The position numbers and the translations under genes were made by a program. Shown piece by piece: positions 9,255 to 17,769 of a DNA stretch of 32,000 nt (position 1 is its first letter; every line of letters begins with the position of its first letter). The stretch covers positions 1 to 32,000 of the forward strand of contig NZ_JAGGPN010000042.1 of assembly GCF_018613795.1 (NCBI RefSeq), in the 5' to 3' direction. The notes beneath the pieces were generated by a model. It did no database searches. It saw nothing but the letters and a program-made list of their open reading frames with translations, and was not told the origin of the DNA. The stretch comes from Arthrobacter sp. ISL-65 (GTDB lineage: Bacteria > Actinomycetota > Actinomycetes > Actinomycetales > Micrococcaceae).

Positions 9255-9806
9255 TTAGCTTGCAGTGGAAGAGTGCCGGCCGAGCAGGGACCCGACGGCG
9301 GCGGCCGCCTTGGGCACCGCCGCGGCCACCGCTGCCGAGAGGCCGATGCCTTCGGACAGGTTTGCGGGGACACAACCCACCACATATGTGGCAGGCAGGG
9401 TACCGCCCATGGAACGAAGCCGGCCCAGCACAGTCGCCGGGTCCATGCCGTGGGGATCGAGCATGGCCCTGCCGTTCAGGTCCGCAGCGCTGACCCGCAG
9501 CACACGGATGCTTCCGGGGGCCGAGTTCCCGTCCGCAGGCACCGTGTCCACGAGGACCAGGGTGTCGACGCCGGCCAAGAGATCGTAGGCCAGATGCATG
9601 CCGCGGATGCCGTAGTCCACCACGCGGACGCCGGGGGCCAGCGGCTGCGGATGGTCGGCGAGGTGCCGTGCCACTTCAGGGCCGAAGCCGTCGTCGTGCA
9701 GGAACAGGTTACCCACGCCAGCCACGAGGACGCCGCCTGTGCGCTCGCCGTCCCCAGTCGGGGCGGTCCCCTGTGCGGCGGTCCGGGCCCTGCTGTCGGC
9801 AGTCAC
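9255..9806 (-). CDS. hupD: [NiFe]-hydrogenase maturation endopeptidase (HyaD/HybD/HupD family)
   Basis: Motifs VLVAGVGNLFLHDDGFGPEVA and LDPHG are present. The ORF 9255..10022 has no in-frame ATG downstream of the upstream gene's stop (9922). The in-frame GTG at 9806 overlaps the microORF stop as GTGA, and that start is adopted here but remains uncertain. Confidence 0.8.
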   Translation of the reverse strand: MTADSRARTAAQGTAPTGDGERTGGVLVAGVGNLFLHDDGFGPEVARHLADHPQPLAPGVRVVDYGIRGMHLAYDLLAGVDTLVLVDTVPADGNSAPGSIRVLRVSAADLNGRAMLDPHGMDPATVLGRLRSMGGTLPATYVVGCVPANLSEGIGLSAAVAAAVPKAAAAVGSLLGRHSSTAS

Positions 9807-9907
9807 ATCCGCCGCACTTTCATGTACCGCCGGATATCCGGAACTGCGCGGATCCCGACGTAGATGCCCCAGAGGGCCATCGCTGCCAGCACAGAAACAG
9901 TGGCCAT
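9803..9907 (-). CDS. 34-aa single-TM microprotein MATVSVLAAMALWGIYVGIRAVPDIRRYMKVRRM (below the ORF-track length cut-off)
   Basis: Translated by hand from the minus strand. The ATG at 9907 is 14 nt after the upstream stop and has GAAGG 9 nt upstream. Its TGA overlaps the protease GTG (ATGTGA). It has a hydrophobic helix followed by a basic tail. Confidence 0.4.
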   Translation of the reverse strand: MATVSVLAAMALWGIYVGIRAVPDIRRYMKVRRM

Positions 9908-9921
9908 TCCTATTGCCTTCA

Positions 9922-11319
9922 TTACGGGTTTTCCTTTCCGTCCAGCGGCTCCAGTTCGTCGGGCGCGTAGTAGAAGGACCGGCCGTAGCCCTCATGGAGA
10001 TCGGCCGCCGGATCTTGTTCAAGGACGAGCCCTACGTGGGTGCTGCCATCGACGTCGAAGTGCACGCTGGTGACCCGCCCGGTCTGTCCACCGAAGAACA
10101 GGTCCTGGGCGTCGGCGCGCCGCTTCGGGTGCACGCGCACGCGGCTGCCGCGCGCCACGGCGACGCCGTTGATCACGACGGCGTCCTGGTCTGGCCGGAC
10201 ACTGGCCTCCGCCTCCGGATTCCACCATGGAACGTCCTGGCTGGCCGTGCTCCACGATTCGGCCGGGGCGTAGTCATCGGGATCCGCGGCGAACGCGCGC
10301 GGGTTCCGCAGGGCGCCGTGCAGCTGCTGGAGGTCCTCCGGTGACATCGCCTCGCAGCGGTCGATGACGGCGGCGGCCCGCGGGTCCGTCGCCCGCGCCT
10401 CGGCCTTTTCCGCGTCGGTCAGCGTCAGCACCCGCAGCGTGAGGATCTCGTCGATCTCGGTGGAGTCGTACAGCGCCACCGAACTTTCCGGGGCCACGGC
10501 GGGATGGTCGTAGAGAATGATGGGCGAGATCAGCAGCACGTCAGTCTGGCCTTCGGGGCCGGCAAGCACAGGCCAGCCACGGTGCTGGGAACACCGCCCG
10601 GCTGCCTGCTGTGCCCACTGCGGCGGGTCCAGCAGTGAGACGAAATCCCCGTCCCGCACGCCGAGCAACACGTGCGCCCCGATGAAGGAGACCGCGGTGG
10701 CGTCCTGCCGGTTCCCGGCCGGCAGGGGGTGGGACGGCAGTGGATTGGCCGTGTTGGCCGCGGTGACGCTGAGCCGCAGCAGCCCACCGGACTCTTCGGC
10801 GGCGGTCAGCCGCAGTTCGCCGCGGAGAGCACGACGGCGGCGCACCAGCCGGCCGCCCGGCCCCCCGGCGTCGTCCTTGAGTTCCTCGACGTCGAGTCCC
10901 TCCGGGACCTCCACGGGCAGGACCTGTCCGGCCCGGAGCTGGGCCACGGAGAACGGCCCGAACGCCACTTCCTGTTCAACGGCCTCGTCCCAGCTCAGCC
11001 AGTTCGCGGCGCCCACGGCGAGGCTGTCCACGGGAGTGAACCCGCCGCCGTCGTCCGCTTTTTCGGCTGTGCGCGTCTGCAGGTGCAGGAAGCGGAAGTG
11101 GATTTCAAGCCCGGCCTGGGCTCCCGGGGCAAGAAGGCAGTCGGCGGACATGGACGGTTCCTCCCCGCTGCCGGCCTCTGCGGCGCCCGGCGGACCCAGG
11201 ATCCCGAACTGCCAGCGGGCCTGGTTCTTTTGGGCGGAGGCGCGGTAGGGGTAAAGCAGGTATCCCTCGTAGAGGACGGCATCGGCGACGGCACGGGCAA
11301 GGGCCAAGCTGGTGTTCAT
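9922..11319 (-). CDS. conserved hypothetical protein of group 1h hydrogenase loci (465 aa, function unknown)
   Basis: ORF 9922..11451 trimmed to the ATG at 11319 (MNTSLALARAVADAVLYEGYLLYPYR...), which forms an ATGA overlap with the upstream stop. Composition is ordinary and no catalytic motif was recognised. Confidence 0.7.
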   Translation of the reverse strand: MNTSLALARAVADAVLYEGYLLYPYRASAQKNQARWQFGILGPPGAAEAGSGEEPSMSADCLLAPGAQAGLEIHFRFLHLQTRTAEKADDGGGFTPVDSLAVGAANWLSWDEAVEQEVAFGPFSVAQLRAGQVLPVEVPEGLDVEELKDDAGGPGGRLVRRRRALRGELRLTAAEESGGLLRLSVTAANTANPLPSHPLPAGNRQDATAVSFIGAHVLLGVRDGDFVSLLDPPQWAQQAAGRCSQHRGWPVLAGPEGQTDVLLISPIILYDHPAVAPESSVALYDSTEIDEILTLRVLTLTDAEKAEARATDPRAAAVIDRCEAMSPEDLQQLHGALRNPRAFAADPDDYAPAESWSTASQDVPWWNPEAEASVRPDQDAVVINGVAVARGSRVRVHPKRRADAQDLFFGGQTGRVTSVHFDVDGSTHVGLVLEQDPAADLHEGYGRSFYYAPDELEPLDGKENP

Positions 11320-11969
11320 GGCCGCTCTCCCGACACATCGGCGGTGGCCTGGGCCAGCAGCTTCTCCACTGCGGCTTCCCAGGACGTGAGGCCCGCGGCG
11401 GACTTGTACCGGGCGAGTGCGGCCAGAACGTCGCGGTCCAGGCGGATCCATCCGGCGTTGGGGAAATACTGGTCCATCAGGCTGCGCCAGGCGGCGACGG
11501 GTAGCTTGTAGGACGCTTCAAGGTCCCACGGCACCTGTTCCACGGTGAACCCCGTCTGCCCTTTAGTGAACACGGTGCCGGAAAACAGCAGCTCCAGCGG
11601 TATCTCGCCGTCGCGCAGGGCATGCAGGTATTTGGCGGCGGCCACGTCGAAATCAAACGTGCAGGGCAGCGGGAGATCCGCCTCGGTGCTGCCCGTGAAC
11701 CCCTGCACCATGGTGCTGCACTGCATCCACAGGAATGACTTCAGTGTGGTGGGCCAGCGTCCGCGGCCGCCGAAGAGGTCCAGCAGGCCAGCCTCCTCCT
11801 CGGGCGCGTAGCCGCGGCGCTGCGGCAGGATCCGGACCTGGCAGCGCAGCGCCACTGCGTGCACCACGGCCCCCGTGCCCTCCGTCAGCCGCAGCCTGGC
11901 CGTCAGTTGCGGGGCGGCGGCGTAGGGTTCGGGCCGGATCTCCAGCACGGCGAAGGAAAGCTCGGTCAC
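11316..11969 (-). CDS. conserved hypothetical protein of group 1h hydrogenase loci (217 aa; recalled as DUF6084)
   Basis: The GTG start at 11969 overlaps the upstream stop (GTGA), and its own stop overlaps the next start (ATGA). The family label is from memory. Confidence 0.7.
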   Translation of the reverse strand: MTELSFAVLEIRPEPYAAAPQLTARLRLTEGTGAVVHAVALRCQVRILPQRRGYAPEEEAGLLDLFGGRGRWPTTLKSFLWMQCSTMVQGFTGSTEADLPLPCTFDFDVAAAKYLHALRDGEIPLELLFSGTVFTKGQTGFTVEQVPWDLEASYKLPVAAWRSLMDQYFPNAGWIRLDRDVLAALARYKSAAGLTSWEAAVEKLLAQATADVSGERP

Positions 11970-12679
11970 CGGAAGCCTCCCGTCCCGGCGGAATCTGCCG
12001 GCGCCTGAACGCTGCGGCGGGCGATCCGATCGAAGAATGCCGCGAGCTCATCGCGCGCCTCCTGGCCGCCGTCGAACCCCCGCCAGAGGCGGCGCAGCCG
12101 GCCCACCAGCTCGTAGCAGGCGTCCACCGGAACCAGGTGGCAGTCCGCGGCGGCCCTGCCCGGACCCGGGCCGCGGATTAGCAGCGCCTCGGTGTCCGGC
12201 GCCGCGAGGCCGAGGGCCGGGTTGCGGGCCAGCACGTTGTCCCAGGCGGCGAGGGGCAGTTCCGATTCCGTGGCCCCGGCCGGGCCAGGGTAGAACGCCA
12301 CCGTGCGGCCGAGTTTGGAACTGCGGAAGAAGAACGCCAGACCCACCGGAATTTCCAGTTCGTCCCACTGCCCAAGGCCGAGATCGAAGCCGGGGAAGGA
12401 GAGGTACCTGTCCGGCACCGAGCGGTAGCGCATATGGGCGGTCGCATCGGTGAAGAGGAGGTAGCAGGGGCGGCAGGTGCACATCATCGCGTGGCTCTCC
12501 AGGTCCACCACGTGCTGGTGTGCGTCGGAAATCGGTTCGCCGCACATTTCGCAGCATTCCCCGGCGGCGGGAGCGGGCCGGTTCGCGGAAATCCGCCGCA
12601 GTAAGGCCACCGGCAAGGCGCCGTCGGCCTGGCCGGTTCCCGGGCCGCGCCCTGTACCTGCTCCGTTCTCCACGTTCAT
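11966..12679 (-). CDS. conserved Cys-rich hypothetical protein of group 1h hydrogenase loci (237 aa; recalled as DUF5947)
   Basis: The ATG at 12679 is 1 nt after the upstream stop. It carries a putative metal-binding cluster, CCEMCGEP...HAMMCTCRPC. Confidence 0.7.
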   Translation of the reverse strand: MNVENGAGTGRGPGTGQADGALPVALLRRISANRPAPAAGECCEMCGEPISDAHQHVVDLESHAMMCTCRPCYLLFTDATAHMRYRSVPDRYLSFPGFDLGLGQWDELEIPVGLAFFFRSSKLGRTVAFYPGPAGATESELPLAAWDNVLARNPALGLAAPDTEALLIRGPGPGRAAADCHLVPVDACYELVGRLRRLWRGFDGGQEARDELAAFFDRIARRSVQAPADSAGTGGFR

Positions 12680-12680
12680 T

Positions 12681-13922
12681 TCAGCGGTCCTGTCCGCCGG
12701 CTGCCTGCAGTTCCGGGGCCATGCCGGGCGCCGGCGTCGGGATGGGCACAGACACTCCAGCCGCAGGTGCTGGCGGCATGGACACCGCGGCAGGCACGGA
12801 CACCGCCGCAGGCAAGGACACCGCCGCAGACACCGGGGCCGGTTCCGCCGGTTCCGGTACAGGCGCGGCCGGGACGGGTTCCAGCCCGGCCGGTGTCACC
12901 AGCGGGATTGCCTGCACCGGCGTCACGGCTGCCAAGGCTGCCGGGGCTGCCGGCAGGGGCGCAACAGGCAACGGCGCGGACTGCACGGACACGGTCGGGA
13001 CTGCCACGGACATCACTCCGTTCCGGACCAGCAGCGGAAGCGGCTCCAAGTGCAGGTCCTTGTCCTCGAGGCAGGTGCCTGCCCGCCGCACGTCAAAGTG
13101 GCCGCGGCAGGTGGGGCAGGTGAGCAGGCCTCCGCCAACCGGTGCCGCGAGGGCGCGCTGCAGCACGGCGCCGGCCATCGAACCGGTGCAGCGCGGGCAG
13201 TAGTCGCGGTAGGCGTAGATGTCCTGACCTGTCCGGCAGGCCAACACCGGGTAGCCGCCGACCAGGAAGCCTGCCACCTCGCCGGGTTCGAGGCCGGCGA
13301 CCTCTGGAACCGGTTCCCACGTGCCGCCGGACATGTCGTGCCAGGATTCGGCGGGCGTGCCGCCCGCCGGATTGTTCAACCGGACCAGCAACGAGTCCAC
13401 CGGAATCAGCGCCGGGGCGCCCGGCTGTTTTTCCGCTTCGACGACGTCGATGGCCGTCACCTCGGGGGCCGCGTTCTGGATGGCCTCCTCGACGGCGTAC
13501 TTGAGGGTGACGGACGACGACGGGCAGCCCTGGCAGGTGCCGAGCAGCTTGAGCCGCACCACGCCGTCGGGGCTGATGCCCTCCAGTTCCACGTCGCCGC
13601 CGTGGGAGCCCAGGTAGGGCCGTACACTGTCCAGCGCCGCGGCCACCCGTGCCTCCAGGGAATGGGGGTGCAGCCCGTGGATCACCAGGAGGCCGGCCAC
13701 CAGGCTGTCCGCAGTCAGCGCCTCCAGAGTGGCGTCGTCGAGTTTTCCCCGGGCCTGCAGGATCTCCATGATCCGCTGCAGTCCGGCGCCGTAGAGGTCT
13801 GTCACCTGCCGGACCAGGTCCTCCGCACGGCCGCGGGCCACCGCCCCGCCGGCGCCGAGGGCGTCAAGGAGTGTGCCGATTTGGTCGCCGTTCTGCAGCG
13901 GCGGCCTGTCCCCGGCGAGCAT
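12681..13922 (-). CDS. hhyE: NifU-like Fe-S protein with a C-terminal 4-Cys domain and a Pro/Ala/Val-rich tail (HhyE-like putative electron-transfer or scaffold protein)
   Basis: The NifU C-terminal-type segment is GGDVELEGISPDGVVRLKLLGTCQGCPSS. A second domain carries CPRC...CPTC. The last ~100 aa are low-complexity P/A/V. It starts 3 nt after the large-subunit stop. Confidence 0.75.
   Translation of the reverse strand: MLAGDRPPLQNGDQIGTLLDALGAGGAVARGRAEDLVRQVTDLYGAGLQRIMEILQARGKLDDATLEALTADSLVAGLLVIHGLHPHSLEARVAAALDSVRPYLGSHGGDVELEGISPDGVVRLKLLGTCQGCPSSSVTLKYAVEEAIQNAAPEVTAIDVVEAEKQPGAPALIPVDSLLVRLNNPAGGTPAESWHDMSGGTWEPVPEVAGLEPGEVAGFLVGGYPVLACRTGQDIYAYRDYCPRCTGSMAGAVLQRALAAPVGGGLLTCPTCRGHFDVRRAGTCLEDKDLHLEPLPLLVRNGVMSVAVPTVSVQSAPLPVAPLPAAPAALAAVTPVQAIPLVTPAGLEPVPAAPVPEPAEPAPVSAAVSLPAAVSVPAAVSMPPAPAAGVSVPIPTPAPGMAPELQAAGGQDR
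12781..12834. repeat. 3 x 18-bp imperfect tandem repeat inside the hhyE-like tail (encodes AAVS-x-P hexapeptides)
   Basis: The units are GACACCGCGGCAGGCACG, GACACCGCCGCAGGCAAG and GACACCGCCGCAGACACC, with a degenerate fourth copy at 12751-12768. Confidence 0.8.
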
Positions 13923-13925
13923 GGC

Positions 13926-15719
13926 CTACTCGCCGGTCAGGGTCTGGGTGGGGGAGTGGAGCATGTCCAGCGTCTGCCCGTTGCCCAGGTACATGTGGAC
14001 ACCGCAGGGCAGGCAGGGATCGAAGCTGCGGACGGTGCGCATGATGTCGATGCCCTTGAAATGCTCCCGGTCGTTCTCCTCGAAGATCGGCTGCCCCTGG
14101 ACCGCGTCCTCATAGGGGCCGGTCACGCCGTTGGAGTCGGTGGGGCTGGCATTCCAGGGGGTGGGCGGGTAGGGGTGGTAGTTGGCGATCTTGCCGTCGC
14201 GGATCACCATGTGGTGGGACAGGACACCGCGGACCGCCTCGGTGAAGCCGCAGCCGATGCCTTCGTCGGGGACCTCGAAGGTTTCCCACGTCTTGGTGCG
14301 GCCGGCCCGGATTTCCTCCAGGGCCTTTTCCGCGAAATGCAGCGCGGCGGCTGCAGCATAGGCCTGGAAGTAGGTGCGGGCGCGGTTGCGTTCGAGCGTG
14401 TTGCTCCACTGCGGAATGTTCCACTCGAAGGACACAGGCCCCTTCAGCGCGGTCTTGGGCAGGTTGATCTGGACGCTGCGGCCGGTGGCCTTGATGTAGC
14501 CGATGTCCACCAGCCCGGCCAGTGCCGTTGCCCAGAGGCGCGCCAGCGGGCCGCCACCGGTGTCCAGTGCCAGGTTGTCCTGGCCGTCAAACCAGCGCGG
14601 CGACATGACCCAGCTGTACTTTTCGGAGAGGTCGCGCTTTTGCGGCCGCGGGTTAGTGTGCTGGTTCCAGGGATGCCTGCGGTCCACGGGATTGCCCAGC
14701 GGATCATGGCTCACGAACATTTCCTGGTCTTCCCAGTCCTCGTAGTAGGAGGAGCCCAGCATGATCCGGATGCCCAGGTTGATCCGCACCAGGTCCGTGG
14801 TGACCAGTTTTCCGTCCACCACCACGCCCGGGGTGACGAACATCTTCCGGCCCCACTCGGTCATGTCCTTGTACTCGAAGTTGCAGTAGTCCGGGTCCTG
14901 CAGCGATCCCCAGCAGCCCAGCAGCGTCCGCCGCAGCCCCACCTGTTCGTAGCCCGGCAGTGCCTCGTAGAAGAAATCGAACAGGTCGTCGTGCATCGGG
15001 ACGACCTTCTTCATGAACTCGACGTAGCGCATGAGCCGGGTGAGATAGTCGGTCATCAGCTGGATGGTGGCCACTGTACCCACGCCGCCCGGATAGAGCG
15101 TGGAGGGGTGCACGTGGCGGCCCTCCATAAGGCAGAACATCTCACGGGTGAGCCGGCTGACCTGCAGCGCTTCACGGTAGAACTCGCCGGTGAAGGGATT
15201 CAGCGAGCGCATGATGTCGGCGATGGTCCGGTAGCCGTGGTCGGCCTCGTGCGGCGCCCTGGTGTTCTCCGCCTTGGCCAGGACGCCGGGGTTGGTCTCG
15301 GAGACCATCTTTTCGCAGTAGTCCACGCCCACCAGGTTTTCCTGGAAGATGTTGTGGTCGAACATGTACTCGGCGGCTTCGCCCATGTTGACTATCCATT
15401 CGCCCAGGTTCGGGGGCTTGACGCCGTAGGCCATGTTTTGCGTATAGCAGGAGCACGTGGCGTGATTGTCGCCGCAGATCCCGCAGATACGGCTGGTGAT
15501 GAAGTGGGCGTCCCTCGGGTCCTTGCCTTTCATGAAGATGGAGTAGCCACGGAAGATCGAGGAGGTGCTCTTGCATTCCACGACCTGCTTGTTCTCGAAG
15601 TCGATCTTGGTGTAGATGCCGAGGCTGCCGACGATCCTGGTGATGGGGTCCCAGTTCATCTCCACCAGGTTGGTGTTACCCGTTCCGCTTCCGGAGCCCA
15701 TGGGAATTGTGGACGTCAT
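13926..15719 (-). CDS. hhyL: [NiFe]-hydrogenase large subunit, group 1h/5 (Hhy-type)
   Basis: The N-terminal metal-binding motif is FITSRICGICGDNH and the C-terminal one is RSFDPCLPCGVH, followed by a 22-aa cleavable extension. ORF 13926..15905 is trimmed to the ATG at 15719 (MTSTIPMGSG...), 28 nt after the small-subunit stop. Confidence 0.95.
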   Translation of the reverse strand: MTSTIPMGSGSGTGNTNLVEMNWDPITRIVGSLGIYTKIDFENKQVVECKSTSSIFRGYSIFMKGKDPRDAHFITSRICGICGDNHATCSCYTQNMAYGVKPPNLGEWIVNMGEAAEYMFDHNIFQENLVGVDYCEKMVSETNPGVLAKAENTRAPHEADHGYRTIADIMRSLNPFTGEFYREALQVSRLTREMFCLMEGRHVHPSTLYPGGVGTVATIQLMTDYLTRLMRYVEFMKKVVPMHDDLFDFFYEALPGYEQVGLRRTLLGCWGSLQDPDYCNFEYKDMTEWGRKMFVTPGVVVDGKLVTTDLVRINLGIRIMLGSSYYEDWEDQEMFVSHDPLGNPVDRRHPWNQHTNPRPQKRDLSEKYSWVMSPRWFDGQDNLALDTGGGPLARLWATALAGLVDIGYIKATGRSVQINLPKTALKGPVSFEWNIPQWSNTLERNRARTYFQAYAAAAALHFAEKALEEIRAGRTKTWETFEVPDEGIGCGFTEAVRGVLSHHMVIRDGKIANYHPYPPTPWNASPTDSNGVTGPYEDAVQGQPIFEENDREHFKGIDIMRTVRSFDPCLPCGVHMYLGNGQTLDMLHSPTQTLTGE

Positions 15720-15747
15720 TGTCTTCGCCTGTCTGGAATTGGATGGG

Positions 15748-16806
15748 TTACCAGGTGCGCCGGGCCCCGGTGAGGAGCTCGGTTCCGGGCCGGCGCCACT
15801 TGGGCTCCTGGTCCAGGGTGTGCGTCGTGATGCCCCGCAGGGTCCGGATCGCGGAGCCGTAGGGACGGATGGTGCTGGTGGAGAACTTGCCGCCGGGAGG
15901 CTCATCCATGAAGGGCATGAACTTGTCCGGGAAGCCCGGCATGGTGCAGCCGATGCAGATGCCGCCGACGTTGGGGCAGCCGCCGATGCCGTTCATCCAG
16001 CCGCGCTTGGGCACGTTGCACTTCACCACGGGACCCCAGCAGCCGAGCTTGACGATGCACTTGGGGGAGCCGTACTCGGTGGCGAAGTCGCCCTGCTCGT
16101 AGTAGCCGGCCCGGTCGCAGCCCTCGTGGACCGTCTTGCCGAACAGCCACGTGGGACGCAGTGCCTCATCCAGCGGAATCATCGGTGCCTGGCCGGTGGC
16201 CTGGTAGAGCAGGTACGTCATGGTTTCAGATAGGTTGTCAGGCTGGATCGGGCATCCGGGCACGCACACGATGGGAATGCCGGCCTTGGACTTCCAGTCG
16301 TAGCCAAGGTAGTCCGGCACGCCCATGGCGCCGGTCGGGTTGCCGGCCATGGCGTGGATGCCGCCGTAGGTTGCGCATGTTCCGGCGGCGATGATCGCGG
16401 TGGCCTTTGGTGCCAGGCGGTCCAGCCACTCGCTGGTGGTGATGGGCTGGCCGGTCTCGAGGTCGTTGCCGAACCCGCACCAGTAGCCGCCGGGGTCATG
16501 GAGTTTCTCGTTGGGAATGGATCCCTCGACCACCAGCACGAACGGTTCAAGTTCGCCCCGGTCCGCCTTGCGGAACCATTCCAGGAAATCGTCGGCCCCT
16601 TCCTGCGGGCCGCATTCAAAGTCGATCAGTGGCCAGTGCATGGCGATCTTGGGCAGGCCGGGCAGCGCCCCGAGGGCGATTTCCTCGACGCTCGGCTGGG
16701 TGGCCGCGGTCAGGGCGACCGAGTCGCCGTCACAACTGAGCCCTGCGTTGATCCACAGCACGTGGATGAGGGCTTCTTCGGCCTTGAGGGAAGTTTCCGT
16801 AGGCAT
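15748..16806 (-). CDS. hhyS: [NiFe]-hydrogenase small subunit, group 1h/5; no Tat signal peptide
   Basis: The N-terminus MPTETSLKAEEALIHVLWINAGLSCDGDS runs straight into the first conserved strand with no RRxFxK leader. Fe-S Cys motifs include GTCATYGG, VPGCP and CIGCTMPGFPD. SD is AAAGAGG. Confidence 0.95.
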   Translation of the reverse strand: MPTETSLKAEEALIHVLWINAGLSCDGDSVALTAATQPSVEEIALGALPGLPKIAMHWPLIDFECGPQEGADDFLEWFRKADRGELEPFVLVVEGSIPNEKLHDPGGYWCGFGNDLETGQPITTSEWLDRLAPKATAIIAAGTCATYGGIHAMAGNPTGAMGVPDYLGYDWKSKAGIPIVCVPGCPIQPDNLSETMTYLLYQATGQAPMIPLDEALRPTWLFGKTVHEGCDRAGYYEQGDFATEYGSPKCIVKLGCWGPVVKCNVPKRGWMNGIGGCPNVGGICIGCTMPGFPDKFMPFMDEPPGGKFSTSTIRPYGSAIRTLRGITTHTLDQEPKWRRPGTELLTGARRTW

Positions 16807-16836
16807 CGTTGCCTCTTTCAGTGCCCCTGCTGGGGC

Positions 16837-17766
16837 TCAGTGTGCTTTTGTCAGGGCGCCGGTCAAAGGAACTGACCGGGCTGTCCCGGAGGTTGGCGCC
16901 GCCGCTTGGGAGGTGGCGCCGTCGAGCCAGCCGTACCAGGCGGCGAGGCCTTCGCCGGTGGTGGCGGACAGCGTGAGGAATTCGGCCCGCGGATTGATCT
17001 GCCGGATGCGGCGCAGGCACTCGTCGACGTCGAAGTCGACGTAGGGGAGCAGGTCCGACTTGTTGACGATCACGAGGTCGGCTGCCATAAACATGTGCGG
17101 GTATTTCTGGGGTTTGTCATCACCTTCCGTTACCGAGACGATCACCACCTTGGCCGTTTCGCCGAGGTCAAAAAGCGCGGGGCAGACGAGGTTGCCCACA
17201 TTTTCAATGAAGACCGTGGAGCCCGGCTCCGGGGACAGCGCATCGAGGCCGTGCCGCAGCATGTCGGCGTCGAGATGGCAGCCGGCTCCGGTGTTGATCT
17301 GGATGACGGGGCGCCCCGTGGCCCGGATGCGGTCCGCGTCGAGGGACGTCTCCTGGTCCCCTTCGATGACACCTGCGTCCAGGCGCCCGCCGAGCTCCGT
17401 CAGCGTGCGGACCAGGAGAGTGGTCTTGCCGGCACCCGGTGAACTCATGACGTTGAAGGCGCGCACCCCCCGGCCGGCAAGCCAGCCGCGGTTCGTGGCG
17501 GCCAGCAGGTCGTTCTTGGCCAGCAGGTTCTGCTCGAGCACGATGGTTTCTGTGGCCGGTGCCGCATGGTGGTGCCCGTCGGCGTGCCCGTTGCTGTCTG
17601 CATGGTCATGGTTTTCTGCGTGCCCGTGGGAGTGCTCATGCGTGTACGTGCGCCCGTGCTCATCAGTGTGGCTGTGGAGGTGCCCCTGCCCGGGTGTTTG
17701 CAGTTCTCCAGCGAGGTTTGAAATGCGGGTGCCGCCCTCGTCGCCGCAACCGCACGTTGTACACAT
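16837..17766 (-). CDS. hypB: hydrogenase nickel-incorporation GTPase HypB with a His-rich N-terminal region
   Basis: N-terminal MCTTCGC nickel site. His-rich stretch HLHSHTDEHGRTYTHEHSHGHAENHDHADSNGHADGHHH. P-loop SSPGAGKTTLL. ENVGNLVCPA motif. Confidence 0.95.
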   Translation of the reverse strand: MCTTCGCGDEGGTRISNLAGELQTPGQGHLHSHTDEHGRTYTHEHSHGHAENHDHADSNGHADGHHHAAPATETIVLEQNLLAKNDLLAATNRGWLAGRGVRAFNVMSSPGAGKTTLLVRTLTELGGRLDAGVIEGDQETSLDADRIRATGRPVIQINTGAGCHLDADMLRHGLDALSPEPGSTVFIENVGNLVCPALFDLGETAKVVIVSVTEGDDKPQKYPHMFMAADLVIVNKSDLLPYVDFDVDECLRRIRQINPRAEFLTLSATTGEGLAAWYGWLDGATSQAAAPTSGTARSVPLTGALTKAH

Positions 17767-17769
17767 TTC

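Noticed and set aside
12477-15773. Very long ORFs antisense to clear genes. Examples: 1098 aa at 12477..15773 (+), 717 aa at 1514..3667 (-), 582 aa at 5794..7542 (+), 427 aa at 21612..22895 (-), 411 aa at 8628..9863 (+), 409 aa at 19959..21188 (+).
   Set aside because: Their products are Arg/Gly/Pro/Ala-rich with no motifs, and each lies opposite a gene with unmistakable family signatures. This is the usual stop-codon paucity of high-GC DNA.
17560-17700. A histidine-rich, repeat-like stretch in the 5' part of hypB.
   Set aside because: A His-rich nickel-storage region is a well-known feature of many HypB proteins and is not anomalous.
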